A stretch of 64,000 nt of DNA from assembly GCA_963677485.1 (NCBI GenBank), contig OY781964.1:192001-256000 (forward strand), in the 5' to 3' direction. The translations under genes were made by a program, and so were the position numbers. The stretch comes from Armatimonadota bacterium. Lineage in GTDB: Bacteria; Armatimonadota; HRBIN16. Positions 14,478-22,557 of the stretch are shown one piece after another (position 1 is the first letter of the stretch; each line of letters starts with the position of its first letter). The notes under the pieces are model-generated. The model ran no database searches and was not told the origin of the DNA. It saw only the letters and a list, made by a program, of their open reading frames with translations.

Positions 14478-16358
14478 TCATTGCGTTGAAGTGGATCCCA
14501 CACCGGTACGGATGGTGTTGGATTCCACGGTGGCATCGGTCAGCGTATCGGTATTGATCGACTGGCTGGAGCCGCTGATCATATTGCCCGTCACTAGCAG
14601 CCCGCGCGAATTTTTCAGCGACAATCCCGTTGGGCACATCGCAAGGTTGTTGTTCGAAAACACGATATCCTCGCAGTCGTCTATGCCAACCCCCAGTTTA
14701 TACCGACGGAGTATGTTGCCTGTCAGAGACGCCGTTTTGCACTTCAACAGGTTGATGCCCTGAACGCCCATTTCGGCCATTCCGGTGAACTGATTGGCAC
14801 TCATTGTGATGTCTTCGCATCGGTTCATGAGCACGGAAGAGCTGTTGGTCGGCGCGAAGCGGTTGCCGCTCACGTTGATGCGCCGCACACGGTTCAGCGT
14901 CACGCCCATCGCTTGATTCTTCTCGATCAGCTTGATGTAGGTTGTCAGGTTGCCGGTGATGTTCACACCCTCCACAAACGAGCTATCCGCATCCCCGCCA
15001 ATGACTATCGGGTATGCGAAGTCCTGTATGGTGTTATTGAGTATGGAGATATCCCGCACCGCCACATCGGTGTCGAAGAACGGCTCAGTTGCTCGGATGT
15101 AAATAGCCCGCTTGCCCCCACCCGACTCTATGCTATTCCCCTGGATAGTCAGATCTCTGACATTACCCTCTACATAGAAGAAAGCCCCATCAGCCGGTGT
15201 TTTGCCAAGGCAGGTGTTGTTGGTGAACAGAATGCGGCGGCTGTGTAGCTGCGTGCCAAAACCAGGGTCGATGCCGCCCGGCTTCGGGGGCAGGTTCAGA
15301 TAAATTCCCGACCACTTCGCATCGCCCGACGGGCAAGACTGCCACAAACTGTTGATATAGCAGTGGTCGACGATCATGTTGTAAACAGGCGTCGTGGTGG
15401 GTTGTTTCGATCCACCCTCATCCACCATCTGTTTTGTGCCGTCCATGGAGATAAACTGCGAGCCGATGTAGGTGCAGTGGATCAGCTCCACCTGCTCCAT
15501 GAAGTTCCCCTCGCTCTTGAAGAAAACATTCCAAACCTTCGGCTTCGGCTCCTCAGAGTTCGGCGCGGCGGCATAGGTGTTCACATCGATGAACTTGGCC
15601 GGTCCGCCACAGGCCCTTCCCTGGTTGATATAGATAGCGTTATGCACGTGCAGGATGAACATCGTGTGGACATAGATATTCAGCCACGGCCCACGGATTT
15701 CAATTCCGATCTTGAAGGGTCGGTAATACCCATCCACGATGATGTTATTGCCCGTAGCATTGATGTTCACATTCTTGATCTGCGGGTCGGTATACCAGGG
15801 TGAAGCCGCATCCAGCACGATCGCCGACTGGTGCGGGTGCTCCTCCCAGTCCGGGTTGAGCTTGGTTTGCCTGTCGACGGACATGACTGACAGGTTCTCG
15901 ATGGTACCGTTACTGTGCCCCACCATGATGGTGGCCGGTACCGTCAAACTTTTTTGAATGATGCGGGTCGCGTTGATGCCGTCGCCGGTGATGGATTGGT
16001 TTTTCGCTGTGGTCTGGATGCTGGCCTCCCATCCGGGAGCAGCGCCATTGAAGTAATATGAGCCGGCTGGAAAGTGTATGCGACAGTATTCACCGATCTC
16101 TTTCGTGCTCATGATGACCTTCATGCGCGCCGAATTCAAGGCAGCAATCTTCGCATCATAGCTATTCGTGCTGATGATGGGCTGCTTCACGAAATGGCCG
16201 TCTGCCCGGCTCACATCAATGAACGAAGATGAATTCATACTGGGAGATGGGGTTTGTGTAGGGTCCTTCGGCTCCGCGGCGGCCAAGGTCAGAGCGGGTG
16301 TGAATGCGAGTAAGTTAACGAACAACATCGCCAACATTATCAGTGTGTAACCTCTCAT
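14478..16358 (-). CDS. Secreted right-handed parallel beta-helix protein (pectin lyase-like)
   Basis: Signal peptide; IHFPAGSYYF and ITGDG motifs; many ITGN/ISNN beta-helix turns. Confidence 0.8.
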   Translation of the reverse strand: MRGYTLIMLAMLFVNLLAFTPALTLAAAEPKDPTQTPSPSMNSSSFIDVSRADGHFVKQPIISTNSYDAKIAALNSARMKVIMSTKEIGEYCRIHFPAGSYYFNGAAPGWEASIQTTAKNQSITGDGINATRIIQKSLTVPATIMVGHSNGTIENLSVMSVDRQTKLNPDWEEHPHQSAIVLDAASPWYTDPQIKNVNINATGNNIIVDGYYRPFKIGIEIRGPWLNIYVHTMFILHVHNAIYINQGRACGGPAKFIDVNTYAAAPNSEEPKPKVWNVFFKSEGNFMEQVELIHCTYIGSQFISMDGTKQMVDEGGSKQPTTTPVYNMIVDHCYINSLWQSCPSGDAKWSGIYLNLPPKPGGIDPGFGTQLHSRRILFTNNTCLGKTPADGAFFYVEGNVRDLTIQGNSIESGGGKRAIYIRATEPFFDTDVAVRDISILNNTIQDFAYPIVIGGDADSSFVEGVNITGNLTTYIKLIEKNQAMGVTLNRVRRINVSGNRFAPTNSSSVLMNRCEDITMSANQFTGMAEMGVQGINLLKCKTASLTGNILRRYKLGVGIDDCEDIVFSNNNLAMCPTGLSLKNSRGLLVTGNMISGSSQSINTDTLTDATVESNTIRTGVGSTSTQ

Positions 16359-16389
16359 ACTATTTCTGTAAGTCTCCTTGAAAGTAACA

Positions 16390-16480
16390 GGTCGTAGGGG
16401 CGTCCCTTGTGGGCGCCCTAATCAATTATACTATCGTAAGAGCAACGATTCGGGCGCCCACAAGGGACGCCCCTACGACC
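16390..16480. repeat. Inverted GTAG-type REP doublet (REPIN-like)
   Basis: GGTCGTAGGGGCGTCCCTTGTGGGCGCCC (16390-16418) and its perfect reverse complement (16452-16480), with a 33-bp spacer. Confidence 0.8.
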
Positions 16481-16563
16481 GCATCAGTTACAGCCTAGGC
16501 TGCCATGAGCTCATGAGTGGATGCTGTCTATTTTGAAGCAAGCTCAACCAAAGCCGCAAGCTG

Positions 16564-17589
16564 TCATTCCGTTTTGGCGCAACGAAAGCCGCGGTATATG
16601 CTACGAAACGTCGGGTCGTCGGTGTAGCGAGAGGCGCATTGAAAGTAGTTAATGAAGTTTCTGTAGAAACACGAGCCCCCGCGGTATACACGAGTGGTGC
16701 CGGTCCCTGGACCTCTTGGGTTTGCAGGCGGAGCCTTTGCGTAGTAGTCCTTTTGGTACCTGTCCGCGCACCATTCCCATACGTTGGCTGTCATATCAAG
16801 GCAGCCATATGGGCTCGCACCGGAAGGGATACTGCCCACCGGTGCAGTAGTATCACGCTCGCTGCCATCGGAAGAGAGACACTTGCCACGATCGAACTTG
16901 TACCCCCACGGGTAGGTGCGTCCATCGGTGCCGCGAGCCGCCTTTTCCCACTGCGCTTCAGTCGGTAGTGCTACACCCGCCCAGTCGCAGTAACTTCTAG
17001 CATCTTCCCAGGATACATTCACTATCGGGTGGTCTGCTTTCCATCCCAATTCCGGCGCATCAGGCATTTGCATCCCAACAGTTTCGCAGTACCGCCGGTA
17101 TTGAGCCACAGTGACCTCAGTTTTGTATATCCAGTATGCGTCCAAGCTCACATTCCAAGCTTTGCCTGGTTCACATGGGCCCATGATAAACTTGCCCGCA
17201 GGCACATACACCATCTCGGCACCGTCTACAGGGTTCTTCCACTTATCGCCCAGTTTCGCCTTGGCCGGTGGATTTACAGTCACGACCACCAATACTGCCG
17301 CCGCAGGCAGATACCAGAATGTCTTCTTGTCTTTGTTGTACACTGCGATTTGGCCTTTCGGGTTGACGTCCTTTACCTCACATCTGCGGCCTATGAGAGG
17401 CCTCATGCCCTCCGTCCAATCTGTACCGCAAATTGCCTTAGCATCACCCCGAACGAAGACAGTATCGCCAGCTTTCACGGCCTTATCCCCAGCCATGAAC
17501 TGAGGCCCGACTTGGGCCTGCGTTACGCAAACCGCACTCAATAGAAACATCAGCCCGAAGCTCAAAAGAACCCATTTGTATCGGCGCAT
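16564..17589 (-). CDS. Secreted SUMF1/FGE-sulfatase-domain protein with an N-terminal SH3-like module
   Basis: TEVTVAQY, PIVNVSWEDA, LPTEAQWEKAARG, NVWEWC, GFRC motifs; signal peptide from MRRYKW after AGGAGAG. Confidence 0.88.
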   Translation of the reverse strand: MRRYKWVLLSFGLMFLLSAVCVTQAQVGPQFMAGDKAVKAGDTVFVRGDAKAICGTDWTEGMRPLIGRRCEVKDVNPKGQIAVYNKDKKTFWYLPAAAVLVVVTVNPPAKAKLGDKWKNPVDGAEMVYVPAGKFIMGPCEPGKAWNVSLDAYWIYKTEVTVAQYRRYCETVGMQMPDAPELGWKADHPIVNVSWEDARSYCDWAGVALPTEAQWEKAARGTDGRTYPWGYKFDRGKCLSSDGSERDTTAPVGSIPSGASPYGCLDMTANVWEWCADRYQKDYYAKAPPANPRGPGTGTTRVYRGGSCFYRNFINYFQCASRYTDDPTFRSIYRGFRCAKTE

Positions 17590-17745
17590 TTGACTCTCCT
17601 TGGCAGTCACTGTATCGTATTCATGCGATCGCTTTACATGCACTCTTCCTCGGTAAATGACGAGCTCTTGTTACTGCGCCGTCACCCGGGGTGATTCGCG
17701 AATCGCCCACTACCCGCGGTTCTCGTGGCTGGGCAGTGACCCGAT

Positions 17746-18396
17746 TTATATATCGCCATCCGTCATTCGAACACCTAGCTCGAATGCCTTTTCGCAATCC
17801 TGCGGGAATACTGTCTGGCGGCGTTCCAGCCTCTCCGCCGGATCGAAATAGTCAAAGACAACCTTACTGTAGTCCGCAAACTGCAGTGTTTCAAAGGCGC
17901 AAAGCGTCTCTGACTGCCCAAATAGGAAGGTCATCACTTTGTCATTCATTCCTATATGAACATCATATTGCGACTCTTTCATCGCACTCTCTGGAATGTT
18001 CATCGTATAGATACATGCCGTTTTGATCTTCCGGCCGAACAGTGATCCATTTGCCCGCGAATAGACCAGGTAAGGGAACCACAGCCGTTCCATAAAAGAA
18101 CGCATCTCACCCGTCACCGTGCCAAAATAGATGGGTGAACCTAGTATGATGGCGTCCGCTGTAGCTATACTTTCAAGCAATGGCGTCAATTCGTCACGCA
18201 TAGAACACTTACCGTAACTCTTTCCGTCTTTTAACTTACACGAGAAGCAACTGGTGCATCCTTTGAAACTCAGGTCGTAGAGATGCACGAGTTCGGTCTC
18301 CGCACCGGTTGATGCCGCGCCTTCCAGCGCCTTTTCCAGCATCATCGCGGTATTCCATTTCTTTCTCGGGCTGCCGTTGATCGCGATCACTTTCAT
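17746..18396 (-). CDS. Flavodoxin family / iron-sulfur flavoprotein (NADPH-dependent FMN reductase-like)
   Basis: INGSPRKKWNT, CTSCFSC...C cluster motif, GSPIYFG; start MKVIA after GGAGGGAG. Confidence 0.88.
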   Translation of the reverse strand: MKVIAINGSPRKKWNTAMMLEKALEGAASTGAETELVHLYDLSFKGCTSCFSCKLKDGKSYGKCSMRDELTPLLESIATADAIILGSPIYFGTVTGEMRSFMERLWFPYLVYSRANGSLFGRKIKTACIYTMNIPESAMKESQYDVHIGMNDKVMTFLFGQSETLCAFETLQFADYSKVVFDYFDPAERLERRQTVFPQDCEKAFELGVRMTDGDI

Positions 18397-18581
18397 TTGA
18401 TCTCCCTCCATTTCGCAAGGATGATATCTGCCCACTCCACCCATAATATGAAAGGAAGAGTCGGGCTTCGGATGAACACACTTATACTCTACAAGAACAC
18501 TCTCGATAAGGCATTCACGTATCATGATATGTACTGGTCATGCCTGTGATTAGCCGGTGAAATATCTCACCCGCATCTTGG

Positions 18582-21500
18582 TTATTCGGCCAGGAATATG
18601 ACAGTTGAGCGCGCGTTCATGTTGTAGCAGATGGTGCCGTTGCGCAGCGCAACCTTTCGGCCAGACACCAGCTCGGTCACCCATCCAGATTGTTTTATGA
18701 AGTGGAACTGCCTTGCCCCGCCGTCCAAAGTATGCACGACCAACAGCTTGCCGCTGCTGTAGGTGATATCACCATCGGTTGGGTTGGCTATCACCACACC
18801 GGCCGACTCGGCGATCCCTCTAAGCAGTGCCGCTGGCAGCACCGGAGCCGTTGAGAAGACGGATGTCCAGCTCGGATACCTCTTGACCGCGAGCCCTGTG
18901 CGTTCAGGCATCACATCCAGTGAGCCCAGGGGCACTCCATCGGTGGGCGTGAATACGGGCCCATAACTCTCGCCGGAGCCGTAGGAGATGCTGTAAGGCA
19001 GGTATTTGTAGACTGCATCGCCTGAAGGATTCAACTTCACCCGAAGCGGTAACTCCTTGTCCAGCATATCCATGTTCATGCCTGTGATTTCAGACACCCG
19101 CGAGGCCGTGAGCATATCACCGTCGGTGATGCCAGGCGCATACACGAAAATGAGCGTCTTGCCTGCCCTCTTCAATCTTTGCTCAATCACCACCTGCTGC
19201 TCACGGGTAATTCGGAAGGTGTTGAGGAACAGGTAGCATTTGTGCTCCGGTAACTTGGCGATGTCATCCAGCAGATACATGTCAAAGCCGATGCCGGTGC
19301 GGCTGAGTTCGCGATACTGGTTTACCACCACATCCTGGTGGATGTTGCTGGCCATGCTTGTATAATAGGTCGACTTTTCATTTACGATCACCGCCAGGGA
19401 GTTGCTCTTATCTTCCGCCGTGCGGTTAGTCTTGGCCACCAGCTCATCGATCTGACGCAGCTTACCGGCTAGCTGCATCAGCCGCTTGTCGCCAGATGTC
19501 CAGCCGACACTGAAATCATAGATCTGCTCTGATGCGGCGTTCACCAGTGCGTTGGCATAGTTGCGTATCATGCCAGCTTTCGAGTCGGCCAGGCTGTTGA
19601 AATGCCCTACCCATGTGGAGTTGTGGCTACGCAGATCGGCCTGATCCACCCACACCTTGCCGTTCAGCTTCACTGAGCCGACCGGGCCCATCAATCCAGA
19701 GCCTCCCCCAATCTGGCGGTCGCTGTAGTCGGAGGGTGACATCAAAAAGTCGATATCAGGCGATTGCAGCACTTTATGCACCGCCGAATGGCCGATAAGC
19801 TGATATCGATACGGCCCCAGCACATGGGTGACATAGCCGTAGAACACCCCCACAAACTTGCTGCCTGAAGTCGCACTCTTCACAACCTTGGCGATATGGG
19901 TGATGTCATCAGCCAGTTGTTCCGCGTAATACTGGCGGTAGTCAACCTCATGGCGACTCTTTTGCGGGTCGAGGAAGGTCATCACATCAGTCTTGAGCCG
20001 TTCCTCTTTAGTTGGTATCTGGATGGCATCGAAGCTCATCAGTGCCGTATTCCAAGCTCGGTTCAGAGCGTTGACGTTCTGGTATTTGGTGCGAAGCCAG
20101 TCGATAAAAGCCTGCCTGGCCGATTCAGAATAGTCCACAAAGACCGCAGGTATGGCCACGGATGCCCACTGCTGCCATTCATATGTCACACCATTTGATG
20201 GTATGTAGCCGATCACCCTGTCGGCATACTGGCTGGATTCTACATGGGTGATCAGCTGGTTGACCAGCGAATCGGCCATCGCCAGCCAGCTCCTGGATGC
20301 CATCGACGGTGCATGGCTGGGAGCTCCGCTATAAGACGGTAAATTCACAGAACCAGTGGAGTCGCGCACCATCTGGTCAGGATGGCTCTCCAACCATGCG
20401 TTCAGCCCGGGGTTGCAGATGTTGTCCAGCGGCACAATCGGCACGATGTAGGCATCTGGGTCCTGGGTGAGAACTGAGGCGATCGCCTCATCCATCCTGG
20501 CAAAGCTGAATTTACCCGACGGCTGCCACTGCGTGCTCAGGATGTTCAGCCAGTAGACATGGATACCCGCGGCGCTCACATTCGCAATCTGCCCCGCGGC
20601 GTTGGTGTCATCGATCCAATAGTTCATCGCGGTGCGCGGTTTCCCACCAATGACAAACCGCGGGCTGCCGTTGATCATCATCAATGCACTGGGCAGGCTC
20701 TTTACGGTGGTGGTTCCAGGTTTCACAGTCAGGGGCAGCACCGCATATCCGTCTTTCACTTTGGCATCCCTGAAACCCGAGACAATCGGTATGGAATTGG
20801 TCAGGCTGATCCGCAGACTGTATTTTCCCGGGATCACCATCCTCGGTAATATGGTGCTGCCGATGGCCATGTATTTGGACAATCCGCTGACGTTAGCTCT
20901 CAACACAGCGGTTGTTGAGACGGCTCCGTCCCGCACCAAATCCACATACAACACAGAGCCCGGCGCAAACTTGCGCTCGGTCGAAACAGTAAACCGACAC
21001 TTCAGCTCCGCTCCTGGTTGAATGGACGCTGGGCAAGAGACATTACCCACAGTATATGAAACACTCTGACCAAGATAGACATAGGGAACCTGATCAGTCC
21101 AGGTGCCGGTCGGCGGTTTCGCTATCGAGATGGCGTCCTGCCAGTTTTCGGTTCCGCTCCGGCGGGCTTTCCAACTCGAATCTGTTTTCAGGAACAACAC
21201 TCTGCCGTTCCGCAGATGGATTCCCGCCTCCAGCATCATGCCAGCCGGCCCGTTGTGGTTGATAGCACTGACAGTCAGCGTGTTCCCGCCGGTCTTGAGA
21301 TACGGCTTGATATCATAGATATCGGCCTGTCGCAAGATGTTGTAATAGCGAGCAGGAGGCAGCTTTCGTCCATTGACGGCGATCGTGCATTCCTTATCGG
21401 CAGTCACGATCACCCTGGCGGTGACCACCTGACGGGCATCAGCCAGATCGAATCTCTTTTCAAACAAGACAGGAGTGGTGTCTTCTTCTTTGCTGTTAGG

Positions 21501-22544
21501 AATCCATATCCATTCACCGCTCCACGAGAAGGCCTTGCCAGCCAAAAGACTTACGATGCGTGTGTTGTTTGTGGGGTCCAACACAAGCCGGATATCATCC
21601 AGACCAATGGAGCCTTTGCCAGAGGGCGAGACGAATGATATCTCCAGCAAGCCGGTGGCTGCCAACTCAGGAACGATGAGCTGCTTACTCAGTGATGACC
21701 ATTGGCCGGCTTGAGCTAAAGCTAGCTGCCATTCCGACCGCTGCTTGATAGGGTTACCGAGAATGTCTTGGTAGATGATGCGGCAAACGGCTTTGTCTCC
21801 TTTGGCCAAGCTGATCAGCTTGTATCTCAGAGTCAACAAATAGTTGCCCGTAGTATCAAACGCAAGCGGCTGTTTGAGCGTCACCGGATTGCCAGAAAGA
21901 CACTTTATAACCGCCGATTCGTTCTGTATGGTGATGCAGCCAGCGTTGAGGGCCGGTGACACCTCCCAGCCGTCCGGCTTGTCTGGAGAATAACTCGCGA
22001 AGTCGCTGTTCCGAACCAGGTTCAACTTATCAATAGATGATGTGCCGTTCGACCGTTTGAAGGCTATTTTCGAGATATCAACATCGGTGTTCGCGACATA
22101 GATTGGATCTACACGAAGCTCATCAATGATGCCTTTCCACTCTGCGTTGGTCGAAAAGTCGATGTCATAAGTGTGATACCGGCCATCACCGATCACTTGA
22201 ATCCCTACCGATTTGCTGTCAGACAAGCCCTCACCCGCATGCTTGAAATACACACTTCCTGAGCCCGAACAGTTGGCCTTCATGGTCACCGCCAGCACAC
22301 TATATGACTGCGTATTGATGATCAAAGCTGGCGAATGCAGAAATGGGAACTTGCTGGTAGTGGCTTTGATAGCACCGCCAGCGACCTCTATCTTCATAAA
22401 ACCATCGGCAGTCCAGCCGTGCATATCAGCATCGGTGTCGAACGTCCATGAAGTCGGAGGCGCTGGGACAGCATCTGCACAATAGGCTGTTGCCACCAGC
22501 AACCCTAGAATGAATATCGAAAATAGTGTCTTGAGAGCGTTCAT
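18582..22544 (-). CDS. Large secreted glycoside hydrolase (GH42-like beta-galactosidase) with CBM-like N-terminal domains
   Basis: Signal peptide MNALKTLF...; NLVRNSDF CBM4/9-like segment; WIW...ITAD..VNG jelly-roll; WLRTKYQNVNALNRAWNT GH42-like segment. The longer track ORF (to 22616) extends into the mobile element. Confidence 0.75.
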   Translation of the reverse strand: MNALKTLFSIFILGLLVATAYCADAVPAPPTSWTFDTDADMHGWTADGFMKIEVAGGAIKATTSKFPFLHSPALIINTQSYSVLAVTMKANCSGSGSVYFKHAGEGLSDSKSVGIQVIGDGRYHTYDIDFSTNAEWKGIIDELRVDPIYVANTDVDISKIAFKRSNGTSSIDKLNLVRNSDFASYSPDKPDGWEVSPALNAGCITIQNESAVIKCLSGNPVTLKQPLAFDTTGNYLLTLRYKLISLAKGDKAVCRIIYQDILGNPIKQRSEWQLALAQAGQWSSLSKQLIVPELAATGLLEISFVSPSGKGSIGLDDIRLVLDPTNNTRIVSLLAGKAFSWSGEWIWIPNSKEEDTTPVLFEKRFDLADARQVVTARVIVTADKECTIAVNGRKLPPARYYNILRQADIYDIKPYLKTGGNTLTVSAINHNGPAGMMLEAGIHLRNGRVLFLKTDSSWKARRSGTENWQDAISIAKPPTGTWTDQVPYVYLGQSVSYTVGNVSCPASIQPGAELKCRFTVSTERKFAPGSVLYVDLVRDGAVSTTAVLRANVSGLSKYMAIGSTILPRMVIPGKYSLRISLTNSIPIVSGFRDAKVKDGYAVLPLTVKPGTTTVKSLPSALMMINGSPRFVIGGKPRTAMNYWIDDTNAAGQIANVSAAGIHVYWLNILSTQWQPSGKFSFARMDEAIASVLTQDPDAYIVPIVPLDNICNPGLNAWLESHPDQMVRDSTGSVNLPSYSGAPSHAPSMASRSWLAMADSLVNQLITHVESSQYADRVIGYIPSNGVTYEWQQWASVAIPAVFVDYSESARQAFIDWLRTKYQNVNALNRAWNTALMSFDAIQIPTKEERLKTDVMTFLDPQKSRHEVDYRQYYAEQLADDITHIAKVVKSATSGSKFVGVFYGYVTHVLGPYRYQLIGHSAVHKVLQSPDIDFLMSPSDYSDRQIGGGSGLMGPVGSVKLNGKVWVDQADLRSHNSTWVGHFNSLADSKAGMIRNYANALVNAASEQIYDFSVGWTSGDKRLMQLAGKLRQIDELVAKTNRTAEDKSNSLAVIVNEKSTYYTSMASNIHQDVVVNQYRELSRTGIGFDMYLLDDIAKLPEHKCYLFLNTFRITREQQVVIEQRLKRAGKTLIFVYAPGITDGDMLTASRVSEITGMNMDMLDKELPLRVKLNPSGDAVYKYLPYSISYGSGESYGPVFTPTDGVPLGSLDVMPERTGLAVKRYPSWTSVFSTAPVLPAALLRGIAESAGVVIANPTDGDITYSSGKLLVVHTLDGGARQFHFIKQSGWVTELVSGRKVALRNGTICYNMNARSTVIFLAE

Positions 22545-22557
22545 TGCTGCATGTCTC

